Source: Amoebophrya sp. A120 (Eukaryota > Protista > Dinoflagellata). Taken from it: a DNA stretch of 64,000 bases. Below the pieces are notes generated by a model that was not told the DNA's origin, ran no database searches, and saw only the letters and a program-made list of their open reading frames with translations. The stretch is taken from positions 8,339,599-8,403,598 of the forward strand of contig CAJINV010000001.1 of NCBI GenBank assembly GCA_905178155.1, written 5' to 3'. Positions 46,362-57,400 of this stretch are shown here, one piece after another. Every line of letters starts with the position of its first letter. Within the stretch, counting starts at the first letter, position 1. The translations under genes and the position numbers were made by a program.

Positions 46362-47176
46362 GAGCTTTACTACTATACTTCTTTCAGGAACTGATAGAGC
46401 AACGAGCAGGATGGCCAGATGAAGTGTGTGTGTGGGTGGGGGTAATGGTCTGTAGTTGTACCGTCAGTACAATATACTTTTTCTTCAGAAACAAAAACTG
46501 AGTCGAGTAGCCAAGTTGTATGTTAGAATCAAGGAGACCTGTGAATTTTGATTGCCATTACAACAAGATATTAGTCTGTCTTCGAAAGTCAAAGTGCCAC
46601 GATCCGTTATTGAGTTTACGATCGATTTCGTCCAGGCCCAGTAAATTTGCGTTCGCCAAGACGACCTCTTCCATTTTCGAGTACAGCAACATTTAAAGCT
46701 CGGATCTCATCTGTATCTCCTCACGATCAGACTTCATCACGATTTGCCACGCATTTGATCTTCGTTGAAAACTCGTGTCTTTTAAAAATCCCGGTGTTTG
46801 TTCTCACTTCAGAAACAAAACAAATCAGATCGTTGCTCGAACAGCCTTGGAACAATCAGGTGCCTTGTTTCGGTCTTAAATAGACAGTCAGAGTGTGTTT
46901 CCATCGCGAAAAAAAATGAGGTAGTACTCGTGTGACTTTATTCTATGTTCACCTCAACATGTTTGTATGAAAAAGTCGCCAACGAGTTCTCTATTTGTGT
47001 TCGTTTCTGCAGCCAGCAGAAGGCACATCAGGATCGTGCCCGTGCCACTTTCATGCTTGTTATTTCATCATGAGGCGTATGCTATGTCAACATCTTCCGA
47101 TCTGCTATGTATGTTGTGCAACGGAACCACTCATCCCGACATCCTTGCAAAAGTCCGAACAACTACAGGAGCACTA

Positions 47177-49216
47177 TTAACTGTCGCTGACGACACCGAC
47201 CGCCTCTTCGGCCTCGTTTGCTTCGCGGGCTACGGGCTGCAGGGTTTTCACCGAGCAGAGTAGCTCGGCGCTGACGTCCAGCACCCCCGCGGCGTTGTCG
47301 TACTCCCCGAAATAGTTGGGGGCCGAGAAAATCGTGATCAACGAGCGTCCGGCGAAGAATTCGTACCCGTCCTGCACCACCTGGTGGGCCCGGCACACGA
47401 GATCCAGGTCGTGCTTCTGCACGAAGTTTATCGCACGAAAAAAGTGTTACAGTTACACATTTGTTGTCAATTCAGCAACACAAATTTCTCTGCATGAGAG
47501 AGAAAACTTGCAATGCAGAAATCCCACGGGAAAATACCTGCGAAAGGAGGCTCCTACGCATATCCGGCATGACAGTGCTTGTCTGTCTTGCTTGGCCTGC
47601 AACCCAATGTGTAACTGTAACACTTTTTTCTCAGGATAAAGTTCCGCACGATGTCACTGCCGAACGCGTAGCTGATCCCGCGGTCACTCGGACGGATATT
47701 ACAGTGGAAAATGCCCCCACCCCAAAAGTCGCAAAAACTTGTGATGCGAAGTTTCCAAATGAAAACTTTTTGTCATGCATGAAAGAAATATGAATCTTTC
47801 TGATGCAGAGTCTAGGCGTGTATCGCATCGCTTGCATGACAAGCGCCACTCTTGCTGAGTTCTTTTGCAATACAAATTTTTGCTATTCACGATTGGAACT
47901 CTGTGATGCTGATAGATGCAAGAGGGCGAATGTTTCATTTGGAAGTTTTTGCAATACAAATGCTCCCAAGTTCGGGGGTGGGGGCATTTTTCACTTTGAT
48001 AACGAAACCCCGAGGTTCGCGCATCGGGGTCCGCCCACAACAGGTCGGCCAGCAGGCCGCTGTCCGAACACTCACACGGACGCTGCAACTCGCGGATCGG
48101 GTCCAGCGACTCCATGATCGTAGGGGAGATACCTCCGTGCATGCACAGAATTCGCTTGCCCACCAGAGCCGCGGGGGGCATACAGTTAAATACGTCCACG
48201 AAGCGCCGCCAGAGCTTCACGCCGGACCTGTGGAGCGGTTTTATCTTATATTTTGCTAGTTTCTGGTTGATCTGTACGTTCCCTTCTGAAGAAAGAAGAT
48301 GGTAGTTTCGCACAATGACAATCCGCAGACTTTTATATATCATAATATCGCGGCCATTGCGTGACGCATCTGCAAGTGCTGGCCAGCAGCTGCAGCAACA
48401 AATATATATGGGCACACTAAAACAAACGAGCTATACCGTCGCTTGACTTCGTCGAAGAAGCCGTAACATCTGGATGTGGCCGCGGTTTCGTGGTTGCCGC
48501 GCAGGAGAAACATGTTGTAGGGGTACTGGACCTTGTAGCAGAACAAGGTCTATCAAATGCAAAAATGTCTGGGTCTGGAAGAATGTAACTTGTGATGCTG
48601 CGTTTGGAATCCCAAAAAATCTGTATTGCACGAGCAGCAAAGGGAAGGCAACATTTGCTTCGCGGAGAGGGTATTTGTCATGCGCAATAGGCATTAAGAA
48701 GGCCTCAAAAAATCTGTGATGCTAGGGCAGGCATCACAGACATCATGGCTCCTGCAAAATGTGCACGACAAACTCCCCAAGTCTTCCAGACCCAGACATA
48801 TTTGCAATGCATAAGGTCGCGACCACGTCCAGGGAGTTTTTCCCCCGATCCACGTAGTCTCCGAGGAAGAGAAAGTTTTTCGTGCCGGGGTACCCGACCA
48901 GCTCGAAGAGCCTCAACAAATCGTGAAACTGCCCATGCGTGTCGCCCATGATGGTGACCGGCGCGGCGAGCTCGAGTAAGGACGGTTGGGACAGGAAGAG
49001 CGCGCGCACGAGGTGGAGCATCCACTCCATGTCCTGCTCCAGAAACGGTAACCATGTTCCCGCGACTTGCGACTGCAGGGCGAGAAACGACTGCAGTAAC
49101 CTTTCGACACTGGGTCGCACCGGTGCGTGGCGCGTCGACGAATCCGTCGCAGTCGCGGTGTTGGTTCTCTCTTTACAAATGGAAAGCCCCGGCGCGCGAC
49201 GCGCATCGTTCCTCAT
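47177..49216 (-). CDS. PP1-like Ser/Thr protein phosphatase catalytic subunit
   Basis: GDTHGQ, GDYVDRG, LRGNHE, MHGG, DLLWADP, RAHQ and FSAPNY. Three TIR elements and one GT-AG intron (48228-48436). Confidence 0.95.
47429..47638. mobile_element. TIR introner (family F), 210 bp
   Basis: IR TATCGCACGAAAAAAGTGTTACAGTTACACATT / AATGTGTAACTGTAACACTTTTTTCTCAGGATA. Perfect TSD AAGTT. Removal gives [12 protein letters not shown]. Confidence 0.93.
47697..48001. mobile_element. TIR introner (family D, C-related), 305 bp
   Basis: IR TATTACAGTGGAAAATGCCCCCACCCC / GGGGTGGGGGCATTTTTCACTTTGATA. TSD ACGGA/ACGAA. Removal gives [11 protein letters not shown]. Confidence 0.9.
48551..48813. mobile_element. TIR introner (family A2), 263 bp
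   Basis: Perfect TSD AGGTC. Removal gives VATLFCYK. Confidence 0.93.
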
Positions 49217-49861
49217 GCACAGAACTGAGCTGTGCAGCTGAGACAGCTGACACTACTTCACTTGCTGAGCGCCCCATACAGCAAGAAAAGTAGTGATACA
49301 GAAGTACCAAAATGTTTGTAGTGTCTACGTATCAAATCATCTCTTGTTGTGCTGACCACACTAGCAAACTTAGGAAGATGGACGGAAGTATCATCTTCGG
49401 TACTGGATACATGGTAGCCAGGCAAAAATGGCCGTAGGTAACTACGACTACCGTGGTAGCGCGAATGGAGTCGGAGGCACAAAGTAGTTGTCGTGAAAAT
49501 AAAATGGAAACAAACTTATGCCGACGGCATCAAAGTGCGGCTTTCATGTGAAAACATGTTTTTTCGTAGTAATAACTACGACGCTAGCTACCCTAGACCT
49601 ACACACAAGCGACCTGCCTCTGAAAATTTAGTTTGAAGAAAATTGGTTAGCGCGTAGATAGCTGCATAAATCTAAATCCTATTTGCGCGTAGATTTCTTG
49701 TACATTTCTCGATATTCTTACTTCCTCATATTTTTGGATCTTCCCCGGGTCTTTGAAATATCTCAGTACTAGATGTTGTGTTCTACCTGTAGTTGTAAAT
49801 CGAATTCTCGCCACTACTAGGGTGACTTCGCTATTTTTTTTTGGTACTACTGCAGCGATGC

Positions 49862-50212
49862 TCATACAACGCCAGCACTAGCTTTACGACATGACAAACG
49901 CAAAGAGAGCGCACGTGCCGGGGAACTTTGTATCTGCATAATGCTTCCGGAATTGGAGTCCAGGGCGATGAGAATGCGTTTTCCTCTGCCGGGGGACGCG
50001 TAGGAATCTTCGCTGTCGACATGTGAGGGCTCGGCCGGTAGCTGTCGTGGCGTCGGGTGCGGCGTTTCCTTATTCTCGGCCGTCCTTTTCGGCGACGTCA
50101 GCGTACTATCAGTACTCGGCTGCGCGACACTCTGCCTCCGAGGCGACCCTCGGGGCGATGTCTGCGGGCTCTTCGGTTTGGCCCCTTCGGGGGAGTTTTT
50201 TTCCGCCGGCAT
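49862..50212 (-). CDS. Small Ser/Pro-rich hypothetical protein or exon
   Basis: 116-aa GC-rich ORF preceded by a GT-AG intron-like segment. Confidence 0.45.
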   Translation of the reverse strand: MPAEKNSPEGAKPKSPQTSPRGSPRRQSVAQPSTDSTLTSPKRTAENKETPHPTPRQLPAEPSHVDSEDSYASPGRGKRILIALDSNSGSIMQIQSSPARALSLRLSCRKASAGVV

Positions 50213-51272
50213 CGAGACAACCCTGCAGCTTGGTGGCTTTGTAGCGTTGTTGGAGAAAGCCTTCCAGAAGATAAGTACTCACCGCCTTCCGATTGGGCTG
50301 ACACTGGTAATGCGTGCAGTTTCTCTCCGCACCATGCTCCCGTGTCTTAAGCTTGTTCCAAGCCGCCGTTGCCAAAGTGTAACAAAAGGAGGTCTGACAG
50401 GCTAACTTATTTTCGTCGTCTTATTGTAAGCACATAATTATGAATCACGTTCACGACCAAAGAAACAGCATTGAGGATATCAGAATCTGGGTAGTGCTGG
50501 TTGTGTGTTGAAGCTGTCAACTGCAAACTGGCATATTGTAGAAAAAGCAAGAATGAAGAGCAGTATCTTATTTCCCAGTTCCAAACGAGTCGGTGCTCCA
50601 AGTGGGCCAAGAAATCTTTGGAGGACGATGGTCTATATACCGCCGTGTACGTCGCGGTCTTCAGTGCACGTTGCAGAATTAGGACGCATACGGCGAATAA
50701 AGCTGCACGAAACCGAGCAATCTTTACAATCATCAGAATTACCGATGCAAGTAGGGAGTACTCACCAGTGTTGGTACCAAAAATCGCGCACGAACGAGTC
50801 TGACGAGGCAACGACCGATGCTTTTTCGTGATGAAACAGCTGAGCTACTGGCTACCGCTAGAAGGTAGAGACTGACCGATAAGAAAGAATAAGTTGAAGT
50901 ACCAATTTCTGACCGAGCTTCAGCACTATCAACATAAGTAAATGAGGCCATTTCGTCCACACCGATTCTGAGGTTCTGCTGCAAGAAAACATACAGTAAA
51001 ATTCGGAAACACAAACAGGCACAAGTGCACTTCTGCCATGCACTGTCCGTCTTCACTGTATTAACCGCGAAGCTATCACGGCAACTGAGCTAACGTGAAA
51101 ATTCTATCACTTGAGTATGCGTATGCGTGTGTTCAAGCTTTAGCTTGTGAAAAAAATGCAGAAAAAAACATCGAAATTCAGGTATCTATGTATAGCGCGC
51201 TGGTCCTTCGTGTGTGAAAAAGAGCTGCACACTGGACAACAGCAAAAGGTTTAAGTATTGCTGCTCGCCTTC

Positions 51273-52565
51273 TTACCCTACACGCGAACGTTTGTTTGGT
51301 ACCGAGGACGAGCGGGCCGCCGCGCGGGTGAAGCTTGCTCCGGGCGCGTTGGCGCTATTGGGAATTTCGCCCGTGGCCTCCGACCCCACACCGGGCAGGT
51401 CGCAAATCAGCCGCCGCTGAATCTCTTCGTCCCGGCTCTCCTTGGCAATTTGCACCGCCGCCTCGTTGGCCCACGCCCGGTAGCCCTGCCTGTCCGCCGC
51501 CCCGCGATGCCTTGTGTCCGCCAGCGCCTTGGTGTACTTGTCAGTCGTGTCATTGCACAGCGAGGGAAAAATCTGCGCGTGCGTTTTGGAAATCAACTCC
51601 AGCCCCACCAGGTCCGCCTGGGCGAAGGGGCCTACCTGGTTGTAGCGGCGCCCGAAACCGTAGGTGACCGTATCGTCCACGTCTCCCGCCGAGCAAACGC
51701 CGTCGTGCACCAGCGCGATGCACTCCCGGAGCAGGCACGCCTGCAACCGGGCGTGCACGAAGCCGGCCACCTCCTTCTTCATCAAAATCGGCTTTTTTCC
51801 ACACCTCTCGAGCAGCTTTTTCACGACGTGTATCCTAGTAGTTGCCGCCGTTGTTGTTCCACCCAGCAGCCGGTCCGAGTACAACTCGACGACCGGCATG
51901 TAGAGCGCTGGGCCGACGAAGTGCGCGATGGTGAGGTCCAGTTTCTCGTATGCTTTTCCCAGCTTCGCCCGCAGATCCTTCAATAAAAGCGAACTGGTGT
52001 TGGAACAAACGGGCACTTTTCCCTCCTTCACCGCGGGGAGCGCGTCCGCCAGCTGCCTGTACACATGGCACTTTACCTCGATGTCTTCAAAAACCGCCTC
52101 GAAAATGACGTCGAACGACTCGGTAGTCGCGCTGTTGTAGTTGTTCCCAGCACCTCGCGAGGACTTCTTCGGTTTCTGCTTACTGCTCGTGCCCGTCTGC
52201 TGCTGCGCGGTCGTTAATGTTTTGGCCTGCAAGTAGTCCCCGGGCAGGCAGTGCACGCCTTCCATCAGCATGTCCACGGCGGGGTGCGCCCCCCGACTGG
52301 GGTCCTTAGTGGGACTGTTGAACAGCGAGGCGAGATCCTCCTCCAGGTGGTTCATGTTGGTTTTGGAAACGAAATCTTCCACCGTCTCCCGCATGTTGGT
52401 ATTCACCATGTGATCCAGGAATTCCAGCCCGCGGGCGTCAAACAAGTGCACCTCGTGCCCATACACCAGCAGACTGTTTGCAATGCCCTGTCCCATGAAC
52501 CCGCAGCCCACGACCAAGATCCGCTTCTGGTCCGGGTTCCAGTGGAGAGAACCTTTCGGCTCCAT
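51273..52565 (-). CDS. 3-hydroxyacyl-CoA dehydrogenase family protein, single exon
   Basis: VVGCGFMGQGIA Rossmann motif, EAVFEDIEVK, SNTSSL, AHFVGP...VVE, GFVHARLQ and GPFAQADLVGL. Confidence 0.92.
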   Translation of the reverse strand: MEPKGSLHWNPDQKRILVVGCGFMGQGIANSLLVYGHEVHLFDARGLEFLDHMVNTNMRETVEDFVSKTNMNHLEEDLASLFNSPTKDPSRGAHPAVDMLMEGVHCLPGDYLQAKTLTTAQQQTGTSSKQKPKKSSRGAGNNYNSATTESFDVIFEAVFEDIEVKCHVYRQLADALPAVKEGKVPVCSNTSSLLLKDLRAKLGKAYEKLDLTIAHFVGPALYMPVVELYSDRLLGGTTTAATTRIHVVKKLLERCGKKPILMKKEVAGFVHARLQACLLRECIALVHDGVCSAGDVDDTVTYGFGRRYNQVGPFAQADLVGLELISKTHAQIFPSLCNDTTDKYTKALADTRHRGAADRQGYRAWANEAAVQIAKESRDEEIQRRLICDLPGVGSEATGEIPNSANAPGASFTRAAARSSSVPNKRSRVG

Positions 52566-53043
52566 TTTTTGTAGTCGTGCTTTTGAGGGCAACTACAACT
52601 TGCTCTTCTAGAACCTTGTGTATTGCAAACACGCCTCAGCGGGCGTGTCTACTTGTCGACTCGTACACGACATTGACTTGCTCCAGCACTCTCCCGCATA
52701 GCACCTCAGAACGCGAAATGGCATGATTCACGAAAAAAAGTACTAGCTACGATGCGCCGCTCTTTTGACATTTTGAGACCTCCGTTCTCCCCCGAGAGAA
52801 AAGAAAATTTCACCGCTCCATCGGATATTGCAACTGAGACTGTCGCACGTATCTCTACCCCCTACAGATGACGCGCGCCCGTGCGACAGAACCAAGTTTT
52901 CACGTGATGGTCCTGAGACGCAGATTTGACGTCCTTTCGATCGTAGCAATTTGCCCCGATTCGGGGAGATTACTCTTGCACACACTCACAAATATAACGG
53001 CTTTGGTTTTGTTCTTGCTCTTGCGAAAAATTTGGCTTGATTG

Positions 53044-53703
53044 CTATCTTTGTGGATTCTTGTTTTTCTTAAGTATGCCTGCCTCCTCGAGAACCACTGA
53101 CAAGGCGTCACGGACGAGCGCGGCATTGGGCGGCGGTCTCGCGATGGCCTTAAACTCGTTAAAGTCATTTCTTTTCGTCTTTGAAATCGCTTCTTTAGCA
53201 TCAGAAAAAGCGTTCAAGACGCCCTTTATATCAGCCTCAACATCGTCCGATTTTTCCGCTTCTGTGCATCGCTCCTGCAGGGTCTCCAGCACTTTTTCCA
53301 GCGCGGGTGCCGGATCCTCATTCGTAAAACCGCCCCGCTCTTTTTTACTCAGCAGCAACAACAGGTACACCGCGTGCAGCCACAACGCGATCGCCGGGAA
53401 GGCGCCGGGCGAAAACCCTTCCAGGCGCTTGAAAAACTCGCTACTTCGCTCGGTCGATATTGCAAGTGGGGTACCTCCTGGCGATCTAGCCACGTCTGTG
53501 TTTATTCCTTCCCGTTCTTCACCCTTGTTGTTGTTCTCTTCGTCCAGTACAAAAAAGGGTTGCAGCCGCTCCAGACATGGGTCTGGGTTCGAAAGCCACA
53601 CGCCGGGAACTTCCTGCACTTGTTGGTAAAAGCGCGGGAATTCTACCACTGGAATAGTTTCCGCGGCGCCGCCACAAAAACCTTCAGGCTCGTCGTCAGT
53701 CAT
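53044..53703 (-). CDS. Hypothetical protein or exon with dynein microtubule-binding-domain-like segments
   Basis: AKEAISKTKRNDFNEFKAIARPPPNAALVRDALSVVL and AIALWLHAVY resemble dynein stalk-head motifs. Confidence 0.5.
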   Translation of the reverse strand: MTDDEPEGFCGGAAETIPVVEFPRFYQQVQEVPGVWLSNPDPCLERLQPFFVLDEENNNKGEEREGINTDVARSPGGTPLAISTERSSEFFKRLEGFSPGAFPAIALWLHAVYLLLLLSKKERGGFTNEDPAPALEKVLETLQERCTEAEKSDDVEADIKGVLNAFSDAKEAISKTKRNDFNEFKAIARPPPNAALVRDALSVVLEEAGILKKNKNPQR

Positions 53704-54401
53704 CTTGATGCTCTATCTATTTGCATACCTCGCTTTCGCTTTGCTGAGATTCAGCATACAGATCCCAAAACGTTGCATACATTATTAATCCATCGCGATG
53801 GCAAAGCTCGCCGGTTTGCTTGAAGATCCTCACGCCCATTTCGAAATACGCCACACTGCGAAACTCCAGACACTGCGGAACCGCATTTCGAAATACGCAG
53901 CACTCTCCGCTGCATATTCATACTTCATTCGTACACGGAAGATTATTTGCACTTCACTGCATGAAAACCTCATACTGTACAAGCGTTTTTGTATGTGTAC
54001 AAAGGGTGTTCCCTTGCCTGCTCATCTGCCCCGACTTTGCAAAAAGTAGTGTATGACTCATTTCCCCGGTGATCAAAATCTCAATGTTGTTTTACTTGTA
54101 TCTATGTGTACTTTCACAAAAAAAAAAACAGAACCGTCATGAATGTTTTGCAGCAAAAGAGAAGAAACAAAAACGAATGCTCGAACTTTACAAAAAAACG
54201 CATGTGAAAAATCTTCGAAACTGCTAAAAAATGGAAACCAACTAGCTAAATTCTAATTTTTTTCGTATTACAACCATCAAACGCGCTAAGGCTAACACAA
54301 ACTCCCATCGCCAACCAAATACTTATATTGCTGTCGACCTCACGAAGTAATAGATTCCTTGGCTGAGTCTAGCTGTCCCAGAATAAAGTTCCGAATACTT
54401 C

Positions 54402-57400
54402 CTACGTCTCCGGACGGAAGATGTTGTGCCGCATGACGACCGGTTGCGCCGCTAGACGAGGGTCGGGCACCCAGGCACCGCGCGAGTCGATCAATTTGAT
54501 AGCCCGCTCTGAGAGCACGGGAAACGCCCGCATGCCCCGAGAGATGTCCGGTGGGGAAAGGGAGCGAACGATGGCGCGCTCGGTCGTGTGGAGTGTGGGC
54601 GGCTTTTGCGAAAGGGTGGATTTGTTCGCGACCAAAGTACTGCTTGGTGACACCGGACTGGGTGCAAGTGCTGCAGTTGGAGGTCCGGACTTCGTTCCGG
54701 CGCCAGTGGGTTTCAACATCCGGGAAGAAAGGGTCCTTGGCGATGCTGCAAGGACGCCAGCAGTTGTGGTTTGCGTTTTCACAGCGAGAGGCGCGCGCGT
54801 GGGAGAAGACGAGGACGAGGAAGACGAAGACTTCAATGGTTTTGCATGACAACTTCCGTCAGGACGGTTCTTTTCGGGAGCGACGGAGTTGTGTACGCTG
54901 GTTGTGTCCTCCACAATGATGCTCGGAGCAGAAGGAAGATCCACTTGCAGCATTGTCGCTGTAATCTTCGAGGATGCAGGTAGCGTGTTCGCTTTTTGTT
55001 TTTCAACTTTCATCTCGGTCAAGCTCTTTGGTGATGCAACTTTAGTTGATGGAAGCGGAAGGATGACTCGCGGCCCAGCCTGTTTGAAAACGCCAGACTT
55101 TGTCGCCTCCAGCAGTCGCGGAGACAGGACCGGCTGACAAACTTCCAGTGGCGACTTCGATTTGCCTTGACTTTCTTCTCCACTTTTGTTGCTTTCATTC
55201 GCCTTTTCCGTTTTACACAGCTGCTGCTCGTCACCAGAGGGTGTTGCTTTAACTTCTACCACTTTGCTGCTGCCACGGGCTTTTTTGCTTTTCTCATCCT
55301 TTACGGGTGACGTTTTCGCCGGTCGCATCATGTTGATCTGTGTACTCTGATCAGACTGCGGCCCTTTGGCTTTTTCCTGCTGCAAACAACTTTTTGCCTC
55401 GGCGCTACTTTTTTTCGGTTCGTTCTTCTTTAGTTCCGGATCCTTTTTTATCCACTTCCGAGTGGATCCCGTGGGATGATGCTGCTGTGGTTTTTTTTCT
55501 CCTGCTTTCGTTGTGTGGTATTCGGCGTTTTTATCCCGCTTCTTTTTCCTAGCTTTGTCGTCTTTTGCAGCACGTCGCGCGTTTGCTTCTTCACGCGCCA
55601 ACGCGACATGGTTCGTTTTCGCCTTGCTCTTTTCTTCACTCGCGGTGGCAGCAGTCAACGCCGTTTCCATTCGAGTAGTGTCGCTTAGCGCAGCGGAGAC
55701 ACGACCCGCTTGCGGCGATTCGCTTTTATCTTCCAGTGAACCGCCGCAGCTAATGACGCCTCCTGTACTTCTTGACTGTCGTTCGACTTCTTTCACGGAA
55801 ACAAGTAATTCGCCTGTGTTTTCTTCTACGACCGGCGTGGCTTTCGAAGAATGTGTTTCGTAGTTCACGACATCCGATTCCTCAGCCGAAGCTGATAATT
55901 GTACTTGCTGGTCGTCGGTTGTCCGGAAGTACTCATCCAGCAAATCCACTACGTCCCCGCGGGTCGAGAGGATTTCCGAATTTATTGAACTAGTATTACA
56001 ATTATTGTTCTTCCACGGTTTATTACTTCCCCCCTTTTCAGACGACTGCTGCAGCTCTAGTTGATGAACACTAGTGAGTAGTACAGCACTGTCCTCTCCG
56101 CCATGTCGGCTTTTCTCCGCACAAGGAGCGGCTGCTGCTGCACCAGCGAGAGAATGCGTCGTGTCCTCGGACGTGGAGATCTGAAACGTCACGGACACGT
56201 CCTCTAGATTGATCTGCTGGTGTTGATGACCCAGGGTCGGATGCTCCTCCTCCTGCAGCTGCCGCATTGTATCAACACAACTCTCTTGTTGTTCAAACAG
56301 ACGCGCAACGCGAGCCTCTGCTTCTTCTTCTTTCGGCGTGCGGGGTAGAAGTTCTTCCACCAGCACGTAGTTGTTTTCGACGGATTTAATATTTCGCTCA
56401 TCGCACTGAAACGTGTCCTGGCCAGGTTGTCCGTCGTTCTTGCTGATGTGATCCTCGTTCTTCTCCTGATCTCTAGTATCAGTGATGTTGTTCATGCTGG
56501 TGCCAGCAATTTCCGCCAGTGTTTTCGTACCCGTGTCCTCCAACCTCGCACCCTTCTTTCGCAATCTTTTCTTCCCGTCTCGCACGACCCGCCCTCGGGG
56601 AGAGCAGGATGACCGCTTTGGTGGACTCGTGGACTTGTTGTCACCGCGTCGGCGTGGACTTGGTGTTTCCGCATCATTTCTAATTTTCTCTACTGCAGCT
56701 CCCGAAGATTTGTTCCGCAAGATGACCTTTGCGAAGCTCTTCTGGCTCGCTACCAGGACTGACTCGTGCTCAAAACGTTCTGCTTCTGTTATGTCCACTG
56801 CGTTCAAAAACCCCACTCGCGGGGGCAGAACATCCCGACTAGCGGCGGTACTCTTTGTTCGACTGCTCGTCTTCGCGCGGCTGGTCAGCAGCCGCTCGCG
56901 GTGCTTCTTCACGGACGCGTCCCGGTTTCGCTTGACCGCGGGCGAGAGCTTGTTGCGCGACGGCGAGGAAGTCAGAGTGTGGCTTGCTTGCGGCTGGGAA
57001 GGATGATCCGGACTGGCATTACTGATCGTCTGCTGGGAACTTGTTGGAAAAGCGCCTTCGCTTTGCTGCGTCGCGGAGACAAAAAGCGCAAAGTCGATCG
57101 CGTCACGAGCGCTCGACGCTTGTGGTTCTTCTAGAAGCTGGGGGACTGCGGCAGGACCGCTTGCTGTTCCAACAATCTGCTCATCCGGCGCGTTTGAAGA
57201 TTTTTCGTCATGCACCGCCAAATTTCCGCACTGCAGCGAAGTTGTATGAGTCAACCGTTCGTCACGGGCTCGCTCATCAACATTTGGTCGTGCCGACTTC
57301 TCATCAACAGGACAAGCTGAATCTGTATGATTGCCTTGTTCTTTCTTCTCGCCGGCAAGTACAGCGGCATCCGTACTATCTTCAGCGACAAGAGCCTGCT

